The notes below the pieces were generated by a model. It saw only the letters and a program-made list of their open reading frames with translations, was not told the origin of the DNA and did no database searches. A stretch of 64,000 bases of DNA from Verrucomicrobiota bacterium. Lineage in GTDB: Bacteria > Chlamydiota > Chlamydiia > Chlamydiales > JAEYWL01. Below are positions 19,131-30,466 of the stretch, in pieces; position 1 is the stretch's first letter, and each line of letters opens with the position of its first letter. The position numbers and the translations under genes were made by a program. The stretch covers positions 18,274 to 82,273 of the forward strand of contig JAEYWL010000062.1 in NCBI GenBank assembly GCA_023428915.1, given 5' to 3'.

Positions 19131-20558
19131 ATGAACAAGCGATTTATTTTAAGTAGTTTACTTATTATGATTGCAAAAATGGTGTTTGCAGCTTCTGTGA
19201 TCTATTTACCGATGTTGTATGCAGAAGAAAAAAAGGAAGTTAAAATCGTTCAGCTTCCCGACTTTTCCAGCGTGGCTGAAAAAGTTATCCCTGCAGTTGT
19301 GTCGGTTAGAATTCAATACTCTTCCAAAGCCAGCCTGGATGACAGCGAACAAATCGACATGCTTGGCGATGAATTCTGGCAGCGATTTTTCGGCTATAAG
19401 CGCAGCGAACGGGCTGCTCCCCAAATAGTAGGACAAGGTTCCGGCGTCATCATCAGTCCCGACGGCTATATCCTCACCAACAACCACATTGTAAAAGACG
19501 CCGATAAGCTTCTGGTGACCACTAATGACGGGCTGGAATTTACCGGAAAGGTGATCGGACAGGATGAAAATACCGATTTGGCTGTAATTAAAGTGCCGGC
19601 AGAAAACCTCCCTTTCATTAAACTCGGCAATTCCGACGACATTAAAGTGGGGCAGTGGGTATTGGCGATTGGCAACCCCTTGGGCTTGCAGGCCACTATG
19701 ACTTCAGGCATCGTAAGCGCTAAAGACCGCAGCAACCTCGGTTTAGCCCAGTTTGAAGACTTTATCCAGACCGATGCTTCCATCAATAAAGGCAATTCAG
19801 GCGGCGCCCTTGTCAACCTCGATGGAGAACTGATTGGCGTCCCGACAGCCATTGCAACCAGCACTGGCGGGTATATGGGCATCGGTTTTGCCATCCCCAG
19901 CAATATGGCTGGCCAAATCCTCGACCAGCTCATCCATGATGGAGCCGTCACTCGCGGCTTTTTAGGAATTGCTATGCAGAAAATCGACCGCAATTTAGCC
20001 AAGGCCCTAGACCTTGAAAATGCTTCAGGAGCATTGGTGGCTGAGGTGACGCGCGACTCGGCTGCAGACAAAGCGGGCATTTTACCGGGAGACATCCTGT
20101 TGCGCTACAATGGAACCGCCATAGACAACATCTCGCACTTCCGCAACGCCGTTTCCTTCATGAAACCAGGCCAGCAAATCACCCTGGATATTTTGCGCAA
20201 CAAGTCTCCTATGACCTTGAAACTTGAAGTGGGCAAGCATCCCGATAGTTTAACGGCAGCTGCGGCCGGCTCCATCAATAAGCTTGGCCTTCAGGTCGAA
20301 TCCTTGACAACTGAAGCGGCCCAAAAATATGGCTATGAAAGCGACAAGGGTGTTCTTGTGTCTAAAGTATCTCCGAATAGCTTCGGGGAATTGGCCGGCA
20401 TAAAAAAAGGCAGTTTGATTTTAGAGATCAACAAGCAAAAGATCACAACGCCCGAGCAGTTTAATAATGCCATTGCCGGAGTGGAAAGCGGCAGGCCGAT
20501 GCTGATCTATCTAAAGCAGGGCAGCTCTTATCGGTTTATTTCAATCCAAACAGAATAA
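19131..20558 (+). CDS. htrA: periplasmic serine endoprotease DegP/HtrA with two PDZ domains
   Basis: Catalytic motifs TNNHIV (His), DLAVIKV (Asp) and GNSGGALVN (Ser). N-terminal signal/anchor and two PDZ-like C-terminal regions. Confidence 0.9.
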   Translation: MNKRFILSSLLIMIAKMVFAASVIYLPMLYAEEKKEVKIVQLPDFSSVAEKVIPAVVSVRIQYSSKASLDDSEQIDMLGDEFWQRFFGYKRSERAAPQIVGQGSGVIISPDGYILTNNHIVKDADKLLVTTNDGLEFTGKVIGQDENTDLAVIKVPAENLPFIKLGNSDDIKVGQWVLAIGNPLGLQATMTSGIVSAKDRSNLGLAQFEDFIQTDASINKGNSGGALVNLDGELIGVPTAIATSTGGYMGIGFAIPSNMAGQILDQLIHDGAVTRGFLGIAMQKIDRNLAKALDLENASGALVAEVTRDSAADKAGILPGDILLRYNGTAIDNISHFRNAVSFMKPGQQITLDILRNKSPMTLKLEVGKHPDSLTAAAAGSINKLGLQVESLTTEAAQKYGYESDKGVLVSKVSPNSFGELAGIKKGSLILEINKQKITTPEQFNNAIAGVESGRPMLIYLKQGSSYRFISIQTE

Positions 20559-20564
20559 GGCATT

Positions 20565-22121
20565 ATGCTTGAGCATGTAAAAACTATCCATGCCCTCCAC
20601 GCTAATGAGGTGGGCATGGATTTTGTGATCATTTCCACAGCTTCTCCCCAGCAGCAATTGTTTTGGCAGAAGCGGCTGAATAAAACCCGCAATTATTTTC
20701 TCAAGCCCGCCTGTAAAATATTGGTTGTTTTAGAAGACTGGGAAGGCGGTGCAGGCAATGGCCTGGGCACTTTCTATGCATTCATAGAGGCCCGGGAACT
20801 GGCAAAAACAACGCTTGGCATAAATCTCGATGAAGAGATCCGCAAGGGCAAGAGCGTAGCCATTTACCACACTTCGGGATATGGGCAGCGCCTCGCCCCT
20901 TTAACTATTTGCGAGTATAACAACAAATCAGCCATCCGCCTGCCTTCCGTACTTACCGCTGAAGGAGAGCTGCTGACAATACTAGAAGCTGTAATCAAGC
21001 AAACCTCCCTCTATGCAGAATATGGCCGCGGCCGCCTGTCTGTTTTTTGGGGCGATCAGGTATTCATTCCCGCAACTCTGCCTCAAGGATCCCCCAAAAG
21101 CCATGTGGAAATTTTTGCGATCTTCTCGCCCCCGGCCAGCAAGGAAGAGTGGGAGCATAAAGAGCTGCACAACTACGGCATGGTGACCATGGGCGCTCCT
21201 GAGAACAATGAGGGTAAGCCTGCAACCCAGATGATAGAAAAAGTGCACTTTGAGTACTTTCACCGGCTCGTCGGCGAGAAAAAACTAACTATCGAAAGCG
21301 GCATAGGCAAAAGTCTGGGTCATTTCACCATATCATACCTGGCATTAGAGCTGCTTTTAAAGACATTTTCATCCGAGCTAAATAACCGCCAAGGGAGAAT
21401 GGATATAGACCCTTATCTATGGATGGCTGCAACGCTTGATAAAGATGCTTATATTGCAAGCATGACAAAAAAAGGTTTGCCTGAAGAGCAAGCTTCGCGC
21501 CACCATGAGCGAATAGCCCGATTCTTAGCCGAAATTCATGCACATGATCCCGGCAAACATTTTTTTGGCGCCCATGACGTTGGCGGGGATAGCTATTGGT
21601 GGGATTACGGCAATATTGCCCATTACTATTTAAACAACATGAAGCTCTTGAATGACAGCCTTGAAGGGGCTTGCATGAGGGAGTTCTTTCAACTGCCTAA
21701 AGAAGGGCTGGAGCACTCTAACTTGCTCATAAATAGCCGGATTGAAGAAGGCGCAGTTCGCAACAGCATACTAGTCAATGTACATGCCAAGCACCTTCAT
21801 GCGGAGAATTGCCTCATGCTTAATACGGCTTGCTTCGAAATACATGCGCATGATGCGCTATGTTATAACGTACTTGAAAAAGATAAGCAAATCTTGCCTG
21901 CAAGTAGCGTACGAGCTGACTTAATGACCCAGGAATATGGGATTGTCCCGTTTTATTCCCGTATTGGCAGCAATGGCAAAGAAGATTGGGGCGAGCGATT
22001 AGCCGGCAATCAGTTTTCCTACAAAGAAGCCTATGAACTAAATCGCGCTTCAAATAAAGAAGCGCTGCAGCATTCCTTCAGGGAAGAATTCCGGTTATTC
22101 ACCACCCTCCAAAACATCTAA
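20565..22121 (+). CDS. hypothetical protein, possible sugar-1-phosphate nucleotidyltransferase (fucokinase N-terminal-domain-like)
   Basis: FVIISTASPQQQLFWQKRL ... EDWEGGAGNGLGTFYAF resembles the N-terminal pyrophosphorylase region of L-fucokinase/GDP-fucose pyrophosphorylase proteins. Weak, judged by eye. Confidence 0.3.
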   Translation: MLEHVKTIHALHANEVGMDFVIISTASPQQQLFWQKRLNKTRNYFLKPACKILVVLEDWEGGAGNGLGTFYAFIEARELAKTTLGINLDEEIRKGKSVAIYHTSGYGQRLAPLTICEYNNKSAIRLPSVLTAEGELLTILEAVIKQTSLYAEYGRGRLSVFWGDQVFIPATLPQGSPKSHVEIFAIFSPPASKEEWEHKELHNYGMVTMGAPENNEGKPATQMIEKVHFEYFHRLVGEKKLTIESGIGKSLGHFTISYLALELLLKTFSSELNNRQGRMDIDPYLWMAATLDKDAYIASMTKKGLPEEQASRHHERIARFLAEIHAHDPGKHFFGAHDVGGDSYWWDYGNIAHYYLNNMKLLNDSLEGACMREFFQLPKEGLEHSNLLINSRIEEGAVRNSILVNVHAKHLHAENCLMLNTACFEIHAHDALCYNVLEKDKQILPASSVRADLMTQEYGIVPFYSRIGSNGKEDWGERLAGNQFSYKEAYELNRASNKEALQHSFREEFRLFTTLQNI

Positions 22122-22793
22122 AAAATTGTTGAAGTGGCGGGCGCCGAGGGCCACAAACTGCGGAATTTCCGGATAGGGAATATCTGAAATCCAGACAGCA
22201 TCGACAGGCGCCTGCGACAAAGCTGCCATGCCGCGCGGAGTGTCCTCAAAACCAATAATTCGATCCCCTGGCTTGCTGAGTATGCGCACTGCTGCAAAGT
22301 AACATTCCGGGCTGGGCTTGGCTTTCGTATAATGCTCTCGTGTAATCCAGTGGGGAATGGTATTTAATACAGGAAGTTTCTCGCGGATCGAATCAACCAG
22401 CTCTTGCATTGAATGCGTCACGACAGCCCTATTGATCCCTTGGGCCTGCAATTCAATAAGGAGCCGTTCTACGCCGGGCATTAGCTGCACCCCGCCCTGG
22501 CTGACCAGGTCCAGAAAGGCGCGTTTTTTTTCCTGGTAAAGCACTTTCCAATCCGGTTCTTGCGCTTGAAGAGCCGGAATATCGGCATAAATATGCCTTT
22601 TTAATTCGTCATGATAATGGGCCACTGTGCAGTATTTTTCCATATTCCAGGGCAATTCAAAGCCGCGGTTGCGGCACATTGCTTGGTATGCCTGGTAATG
22701 AAGGTGCTCTGTATTGACTAAGAGACCGTCTAAATCAAATAAAAATAGCTGATAGTTTTTTAGCCATTGCATAACATACCTCTTGCGAAACAA
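22095..22793 (-). CDS. HAD-superfamily hydrolase (beta-phosphoglucomutase-like subfamily)
   Basis: Motif I LFLFDLDGLLVNTE, motif II VVTHS, and a C-terminal FEDTPRG acidic motif. The start may be the internal Met (MQWLKNY). Confidence 0.75.
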   Translation of the reverse strand: MFRKRYVMQWLKNYQLFLFDLDGLLVNTEHLHYQAYQAMCRNRGFELPWNMEKYCTVAHYHDELKRHIYADIPALQAQEPDWKVLYQEKKRAFLDLVSQGGVQLMPGVERLLIELQAQGINRAVVTHSMQELVDSIREKLPVLNTIPHWITREHYTKAKPSPECYFAAVRILSKPGDRIIGFEDTPRGMAALSQAPVDAVWISDIPYPEIPQFVALGARHFNNFLDVLEGGE

Positions 22794-22809
22794 AGGAAGT
22801 ATACTCTAA

Positions 22810-23655
22810 ATGCGCGCAATTGCAAAAACCTTTCCCTTTTTCCTCCCTATTTTTTTTCTGCTGTATCTCGGCAGCTGTCAAACCGAACCCTTGCAGATGC
22901 GGAAAAAACGGATCGCCAGGCCAGAGGCCATTACCCGCAAGCATGAGGATAAGCTCTACGTGTTTCAAGAACCGCAGTGGCAAGAGAATGTGCGCTACCC
23001 ATGGGAAAATTCCCATCAACTTAACTTTCCCAAGATCACAAAAGAATTTTTTAGATGCCGCGGTTCAGCTTTAAACCCAGTACGGATAGCTCAGGAAGGG
23101 AATGGACTGATGCGCTATTACGACTGCAGCGGCACTAGCCGGCACAGCCTGCCCTTGCGCGAAGGCAAAGAGTTTGTATACCCGATATTGATCGACCTCC
23201 TCAATTATCTGCAGATCGCTACAGGCAAGAAGGTTGTAATTACTTCCGGCCACCGCTGTCCGGAGCACCATGACTATGTAGATCAAAACCGCGAAGACAG
23301 ATGCTCAAAACATATGGTGGGGGCTGAAGTTGCTTTTTATGTGCAGGGAATGGAAGCGGAACCATTGCGGATTATCGAATTGATCATGGCCTACTATAGA
23401 CAGGAAGCCCGTTATCAGGGGCAGCCGGCATTTACCGATTTTTTGCGCTATGATACCTCTAAAACAAATGTGTCAACGCCTCCGTGGTACAACAAGGAAA
23501 TTTTCATAAAACTCTACCAAAAACACGAGGGGCGAAATTTGGACAATCGCCATCCTTTTGCCTATATAAGCCTGCAAGTAAGGTACGATTGGGAGACTCA
23601 AGAAAAAGTATCCTTTAGCTGGGACGCCGCGCAAAAGAATTTTCTCCGTTGGTAG
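22810..23655 (+). CDS. lipoprotein, peptidase M15A/DUF882-like
   Basis: Signal peptide with lipobox (LYLGSC). ITSGHRCPEHHDYV...SKHMVGAEVAF resembles the SGYR...H...G.A.D pattern of M15A/YcbK-type proteins, imperfectly. Confidence 0.4.
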   Translation: MRAIAKTFPFFLPIFFLLYLGSCQTEPLQMRKKRIARPEAITRKHEDKLYVFQEPQWQENVRYPWENSHQLNFPKITKEFFRCRGSALNPVRIAQEGNGLMRYYDCSGTSRHSLPLREGKEFVYPILIDLLNYLQIATGKKVVITSGHRCPEHHDYVDQNREDRCSKHMVGAEVAFYVQGMEAEPLRIIELIMAYYRQEARYQGQPAFTDFLRYDTSKTNVSTPPWYNKEIFIKLYQKHEGRNLDNRHPFAYISLQVRYDWETQEKVSFSWDAAQKNFLRW

Positions 23656-23823
23656 AGGCTGTGAAAAATTTAGAATTCTGGCGATTTTTGATGAAATTCT
23701 CTGCAGACTTCAAATTTTATCCCCGACCAAAACGTTCTAGTGCCGTTTTGAGAGGGGATAAAATCTTGGAAGATGCGATAATTTCGCAAAAAGCGAGATG
23801 AATCTCTATTTTTTCACAGGCTC
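23655..23823. repeat. ~170-bp long imperfect palindrome (MITE-like element or structured RNA)
   Basis: Left arm GAGGCTGTGAAAAA...TTTTATCCCCGACCAAAACG pairs with right arm CGTTTTGAGAGGGGATAAAA...TTTTTTCACAGGCTC. Matched blocks are separated by internal mismatches; the apex is near 23735..23743. Confidence 0.6.
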
Positions 23824-23834
23824 TTAAGAATAGT

Positions 23835-23864
23835 TTGGTATTAATTGCGGCAATCCAGTATATT
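23835..23864 (+). promoter_or_regulatory. candidate sigma-70-type promoter for the tRNA-Leu pair
   Basis: TTGGTA (23835..23840), 17-18 nt spacer, then GTATATT (23858..23864), about 18 nt upstream of the first tRNA. Confidence 0.3.
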
Positions 23865-23881
23865 TTCCGTTAAGTTTATGT

Positions 23882-23964
23882 GCCGATGTGGCGAAATGGT
23901 AGACGCGGTAGACTCAAAATCTACTTCTGGCAACAGAGTGCTGGTTCGAGTCCTGCCATCGGCA
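23882..23964 (+). tRNA. tRNA-Leu (anticodon CAA)
   Basis: Acceptor stem GCCGATG/CATCGGC and anticodon stem-loop GTAGA-CTCAAAA-TCTAC. Long variable arm, GGTTCGAGTCC T-arm, discriminator A, no encoded CCA. Confidence 0.9.
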
Positions 23965-23993
23965 CACTTTTTTCCTTTTAATTATTTTCAAAT

Positions 23994-24077
23994 GCGGCCA
24001 TGGCGGAATTGGTAGACGCGCTAGATTCAGGTTCTAGTCAAGGCAACTTGGTGGATGTTCGAGTCATCTTGGCCGCA
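23994..24077 (+). tRNA. tRNA-Leu (anticodon CAG)
   Basis: Acceptor stem GCGGCCA/TGGCCGC and anticodon stem-loop CTAGA-TTCAGGT-TCTAG. Long variable arm, TGTTCGAGTCA T-arm, discriminator A. Confidence 0.9.
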
Positions 24078-24122
24078 ATCCTATTCCTGCTGTTTGCAAG
24101 CTTCAATTGCAGTGCTGAAACT

Positions 24123-24752
24123 ATGGAATTAACTTACCCAAAAGTTGCCCTGGTGGCTAATGGCGTAATTCGCGACTACCCTGCTGTCTTAAAAGAAATT
24201 GCGAAATACGATCGTATCATTGCCGTTGATGGAGGCGTCAATCACTGTTTAGCAATGGAATTGCGGCCTGACCTTATTGTCGGCGACCTTGACTCTGCGA
24301 ATTGCCAAGCATTGGCTGCTTTTAAAGATGTTCCTGTAAGATCTTACCCGACAGAAAAAGATGAAACTGATTTAGAGCTGGCTATTGAAGCTGCAAAGGA
24401 ATGGGGAGCGCAAGAGCTCGGGCTATTCGGCTGTACAGAGGGGCGCACCGATCATCTGCTATACAACCTGCATATCTTATACCGGCTGCCGGCAATCCGA
24501 ATTGAATCGCAAAATGAAACCATATTTTTGCTGGAAAACAGCCAAACTGTAACAACTTGCCCAGGACAAACTGTTTCGCTTATTCCTATAGCTGGTCCCT
24601 GCGAAGGCATCACGACCAAAGGCCTGCGCTGGGAGCTCAATAACCACACCTTTGACTCTCATTTTATGAGCCTCTCCAACATCGCCCTCGGCAACTCTTT
24701 TGAGATCGCCATCGCCAAAGGCCGGCTGCTCTGCATCCTGCAAAAGCTATAA
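24123..24752 (+). CDS. thiamine pyrophosphokinase
   Basis: Motifs IAVDGG, VGDLDS, EKDETDLELA and GRTDH. Start moved to ATG 24123 because the 24000 ORF start lies inside tRNA-Leu(CAG). Confidence 0.8.
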   Translation: MELTYPKVALVANGVIRDYPAVLKEIAKYDRIIAVDGGVNHCLAMELRPDLIVGDLDSANCQALAAFKDVPVRSYPTEKDETDLELAIEAAKEWGAQELGLFGCTEGRTDHLLYNLHILYRLPAIRIESQNETIFLLENSQTVTTCPGQTVSLIPIAGPCEGITTKGLRWELNNHTFDSHFMSLSNIALGNSFEIAIAKGRLLCILQKL

Positions 24753-24763
24753 TTAACTACTAA

Positions 24764-24881
24764 TTAGGCGCTTAAATGGACAATGGACTTTAACGGCCCC
24801 ATCGACCTTATGGACTCAATGAACTAAGCGCCAGCTATTTAGATTATGGCTTTATTAAAGTCCATTGTCCATTTTAAGCAC
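24764..24881. repeat. palindromic intergenic repeat element, copy 2
   Basis: GGCGCTTAAATGGACAATGGACTTTAA ... TTAAAGTCCATTGTCCATTTTAAGCAC (inverted), with an internal ACTAAGCGCCAG half-site. Lies 12 nt after the stop of the 24123..24752 gene. Confidence 0.8.
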
Positions 24882-25003
24882 TTTAAAAGAGAGGAAAGCA
24901 CAAGCATGAAAAGGAAATGGTAAGGAACCTTTACTTCTTTCCTTTTTGCCTTATTTCAATATTCTTGCTATATTGATTTGCTAATCCCCGTTTTAAGGTG
25001 TAA

Positions 25004-26812
<1,809 letters not shown>

Positions 26813-26822
26813 GAAGCAAGAA

Positions 26823-28130
26823 ATGACAGCAGTTGTAGTCGTCGGTGGACAGTGGGGCGATGAAGGCAAAGGGAAAATTATCGACGCCTGTGCCAAACGC
26901 GTCCGCCACGTCGTACGGGCCCAAGGCGGTAATAATGCCGGGCATACAATTATTATTGGCGATACCGAATACAAGCTTCACCTTACCCCTTCCGGAATAC
27001 TTCAAAGCCACACACTTTGCTACATAGGTGCAGGCACCGTCATCGACCTGCATGTACTGGCCGCCGAATGGGAGATGCTGCAAAAAAAAGGCATCCAATT
27101 ACATAATCGCATTTGGATAGCTCCTGAAGCCCACATCATTATGCCTTTCCACAAGCTGCAAGACCGCTTGGCGGAAGAACGTAAAGGCGCGCTAGCCATC
27201 GGCACAACCGGCAGAGGAATTGGCCCAAGTTATTCCGATAAGATCAATCGGATTGGCATACGCATTGGCGACCTTATAGATCGCCCTAGACTGCATCAAT
27301 TAATCGAACAAAGTTTGGTGGTTAAAAATCAGGAATTAGAGGGAGTATACGGGCTTCCTCCCCTGGACTTTCAGCAAATCATCGCCGAAATCGAAATGTA
27401 CCGCGAAAAGATCATCCCTTACATCGGCCCGGTAGATGAGCTCCTGTATAAAGCCTGGAAAGCCGGTGAAGACATTCTATTGGAAGGGGCCCAGGGGACT
27501 TTTTTGGATGTTTCTTTCGGCACTTACCCTTACGCTACGTCTTCGAATACTGTCGCAGCTGGAATTTGCGCTGGCGCGGGCCTTGGGCCTACTGCAATCA
27601 ATTCAGTACTTGGCATCTTTAAATGCTACCTTACAAGGGTCGGCAACGGTCCTTTTCCAACGGAACAAAAGGACGACGGCTGCTTTTTGGATCATAAGGC
27701 TGCCCGTGAATTCGGCACCACTACAGGCCGTAAAAGACGCTGCGGCTGGTTTGATGCCGTTCTGGCCCGAAAAGCTGTGCAGGTGAACGGCTGCACAAGC
27801 TTTGCCCTTACCAAGCTAGATATCCTTGACCCGCTTGAGACCATACAGGTCTGCACAGCTTACCGCATGCGAGGCGAGCAAACAATCCTTCCTCCAACTG
27901 TCATTGAAGACTGGGAGCATATAGAGCCTGTCTATCAAATGCTGCCCGGCTGGCAATGCGCCACTCAGCATATTAAAGATCTCGACGCCCTCCCTAAAGA
28001 GCTGCTAGACTATGTTAAATTCTTGGAAAATCTGCTGGGCATACCTTGCACCTTGCTGTCAGTCGGACCTGAAAGGGAGCAGACGCTTCAACTTGATGAG
28101 CTATTTTCCACCACCGAGGCGATGCAATGA
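26823..28130 (+). CDS. purA: adenylosuccinate synthetase
   Basis: GGQWGDEGKGK P-loop, GGNNAGHT, TTGRGIGP and GTTTGRKRRCGW motifs. Confidence 0.95.
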   Translation: MTAVVVVGGQWGDEGKGKIIDACAKRVRHVVRAQGGNNAGHTIIIGDTEYKLHLTPSGILQSHTLCYIGAGTVIDLHVLAAEWEMLQKKGIQLHNRIWIAPEAHIIMPFHKLQDRLAEERKGALAIGTTGRGIGPSYSDKINRIGIRIGDLIDRPRLHQLIEQSLVVKNQELEGVYGLPPLDFQQIIAEIEMYREKIIPYIGPVDELLYKAWKAGEDILLEGAQGTFLDVSFGTYPYATSSNTVAAGICAGAGLGPTAINSVLGIFKCYLTRVGNGPFPTEQKDDGCFLDHKAAREFGTTTGRKRRCGWFDAVLARKAVQVNGCTSFALTKLDILDPLETIQVCTAYRMRGEQTILPPTVIEDWEHIEPVYQMLPGWQCATQHIKDLDALPKELLDYVKFLENLLGIPCTLLSVGPEREQTLQLDELFSTTEAMQ

Positions 28131-28873
28131 CTCACCCCCCTCTGTTCAGCCCTCAACAGCTGACAGCATTGGACCCGCAGCGCATTCCGCAACACATCGC
28201 CATCATTCCTGATGGCAATAGGCGCTGGGCAAAAATGCATGAGCTCGACACTGGGCTGGGGCATAAACAGGGCGGCGACAATCTTTTAAATATTGTGAAG
28301 GCTGCCGCAGAAATGGGTGTCAAGACCTTAACCTTTTACACTTTTTCCACAGAAAATTGGCTTCGCCCCAAAGATGAGGTGGACTGCATCATGGCTCTAC
28401 TAGAAAGCTATCTCGTGGATCAATGCAGCGCCATGGTGCATAATGGAATCCGTTTAGAGACTGTAGGCTCGCTTGAAGCGCTTCCTCAAAATGTGCAGCA
28501 AGAGCTGGCGAATGCTAAAAATGCCACAGCGCAAGGCAAAAAAATTGACTTGGTATTAGCCGTCAATTATGGTGCAAGGGACGATATAGTTCGCGCAGTA
28601 AAAAAGCTGGCGGCGGATTGCAGCAAGAAGAACCTCAAAGCAGAAGATATATCTGAAACTCTGCTTGGCTCTTATTTAGACACGCATCGCTGGCCTGATC
28701 CGGACCTCTTAATCAGAACGAGCGGAGAAAACCGGATTAGCAATTTTTTATTATGGGAAATGTCCTATACGGAACTTTATTTTACAGAGACCCTTTGGCC
28801 AGACTTTTCTCCAACCTGTCTATACCATGCGGTCCTGAACTATCAAAAAAGAATTAGGCGGCTTGGAGAATAA
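28127..28873 (+). CDS. uppS: di-trans,poly-cis-undecaprenyl-diphosphate synthase
   Basis: HIAIIPDGNRRWA, FSTENW and RTSGENRISNFLLWE motifs. 4-nt overlap with purA. Confidence 0.9.
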   Translation: MTHPPLFSPQQLTALDPQRIPQHIAIIPDGNRRWAKMHELDTGLGHKQGGDNLLNIVKAAAEMGVKTLTFYTFSTENWLRPKDEVDCIMALLESYLVDQCSAMVHNGIRLETVGSLEALPQNVQQELANAKNATAQGKKIDLVLAVNYGARDDIVRAVKKLAADCSKKNLKAEDISETLLGSYLDTHRWPDPDLLIRTSGENRISNFLLWEMSYTELYFTETLWPDFSPTCLYHAVLNYQKRIRRLGE

Positions 28874-29754
28874 TGTTCGCAAAACTTAGTCATACTTATC
28901 AGAGAATTACAGTCAGTTTAATTTTTTCAGTACTTCTCATTTTAGTCATTTGGTTCTCCTATTACCCCTTAACCAAACCGGTATTTGTCCTAACTGTAAT
29001 GGGATTTGTTTCTGTTGCGATTTGGGAATATTACCAAATTACAAAAGCTAAAGAATATAAGCCCTTAGTCTCCATAGGAGTAGCCACCGCAAGCCTCTAT
29101 GTATTGGCCGTCTTTTTAGATACGCAATATCCCAATTTTTCCGTTTTGCCCTTTGCTGTTTTTGCCTCGGGGTTTCTCGTGCTATTTGTGCGGCTCTTTG
29201 CCCAAGAGCGCGAGCCTCTGTCTAATTTAGCTGTTACTGTATTTGGCTGGGCCTATCTGGCTATCCCTTTAAGTTTGCTTATCCATATTAATTATTTTTT
29301 CCCCTCAGATAGCCTGCAGCAAGGGCGCTTTTGGCTGCTCTATATCCTCATTGTCACTAAGATGACAGATACCGGCGGATACTTTATTGGCAAATACTTC
29401 GGCAAACACAAACTGGCAAAGCAAATCAGCCCTAAAAAAACTATCGAAGGTGCAGCCGGCGGCCTTATATTTGCTGTCATTGCCAGCTTGCTTTTCCCTC
29501 TGCTAGCTAATGCCGGCATGGGCCAGCCAGTCATTCAACTGAGCATCCTGCAAAGCTTATTGCTCGGCGGCCTGATCAGTGTTTTAGGCCAAATCGGCGA
29601 CTTAGGCGAATCACTGCTCAAACGGGATGCGGGCGTAAAAGATAGCAATCAGCTGCCAGGCTTAGGCGGCATCCTCGATATCGTTGATTCATTAGTATTT
29701 ACTATTCCTTTGTTATATATTTTTATGAAAATAGAAGCGGGGGTCTCCCTATGA
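28873..29754 (+). CDS. cdsA: phosphatidate cytidylyltransferase
   Basis: Polytopic membrane protein with the C-terminal CdsA signature SLLKRDAGVKDSNQLPGLGGILDIVDS. Confidence 0.9.
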   Translation: MFAKLSHTYQRITVSLIFSVLLILVIWFSYYPLTKPVFVLTVMGFVSVAIWEYYQITKAKEYKPLVSIGVATASLYVLAVFLDTQYPNFSVLPFAVFASGFLVLFVRLFAQEREPLSNLAVTVFGWAYLAIPLSLLIHINYFFPSDSLQQGRFWLLYILIVTKMTDTGGYFIGKYFGKHKLAKQISPKKTIEGAAGGLIFAVIASLLFPLLANAGMGQPVIQLSILQSLLLGGLISVLGQIGDLGESLLKRDAGVKDSNQLPGLGGILDIVDSLVFTIPLLYIFMKIEAGVSL

Positions 29755-30428
29755 TTATTACAATTGACGGTAAAGTCGGAACAGGTAAAAGCTCTGTCGC
29801 CCAAAGTTTAGCAAAAGCTTTAGGTTTTATTTACTTCGATACCGGAGCTATGTATCGGGCTGTCACCTGGGGCATCATTAAGCACCAGATCGACATTCAC
29901 AATGAAACCCAGCTTAAGGAGTATTTAGACCGCTTTAATTTTAAGATTAAAATCGACAGGGGCGACAAACACTATCTTGTCGACGAGCAGGATATCACCT
30001 TGGCCATACGCGGAGCTCAGGTCACAAGCCGGGTCTCTGAAGTTTCTGCGCTGCCTGTCGTGCGGGAGAAACTAGTGCATATACAACGGGAGCTCGCTAA
30101 GGGAGTAAATGCCATCTTTGAAGGCCGCGATATGGGCACAGTCGTGTTCCCCAATGCAAACCTTAAAGTCTTTTTAACAGCTGATCCTGCAGTCCGTGCG
30201 CAACGCCGCTATGAAGAGCTCAAGCAAAAGTTTCCCGATGAAGCCGCAGCCCTTAGCCTTGAACAGGTATTAGAGACCATCAATCAACGCGATGAATACG
30301 ACTCAAACCGTGCACTTTCCCCCTTGCGCCAGGCAGACGATGCCAAATTGATCGACACCTCCGATATGGGCATTGAAGATGTCGTAGAAGCCATCCTGGA
30401 ATATAAGGATTCCCTTAAGAAAAAGTAG
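29751..30428 (+). CDS. cmk: cytidylate kinase
   Basis: ITIDGKVGTGKSS P-loop, YFDTGAMYRA and EGRDMGTVVFP motifs. 4-nt overlap with cdsA. Confidence 0.9.
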   Translation: MIITIDGKVGTGKSSVAQSLAKALGFIYFDTGAMYRAVTWGIIKHQIDIHNETQLKEYLDRFNFKIKIDRGDKHYLVDEQDITLAIRGAQVTSRVSEVSALPVVREKLVHIQRELAKGVNAIFEGRDMGTVVFPNANLKVFLTADPAVRAQRRYEELKQKFPDEAAALSLEQVLETINQRDEYDSNRALSPLRQADDAKLIDTSDMGIEDVVEAILEYKDSLKKK

Positions 30429-30466
30429 TAGAGGATAAAGTGAAAGGGTTAAATATCTAAGCGAAT

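Noticed and set aside
19466-20095. 209-aa minus-strand ORF
   Set aside because: Entirely antisense to htrA, whose catalytic triad and PDZ domains are unambiguous. The composition (Ala/Pro/Ser/Arg-rich) is typical of a shadow frame.
23882-24077. The two adjacent tRNA-Leu genes as a tandem duplication
   Set aside because: They are different isoacceptors (CAA vs CAG) with different acceptor stems, so this is an ordinary tRNA cluster rather than a recent duplication.
24000-24122. N-terminal extension of the thiamine pyrophosphokinase ORF (MAELVDALDSGSS...)
   Set aside because: These codons are the tRNA-Leu(CAG) gene read as protein. The kinase homology starts after the internal ATG at 24123.
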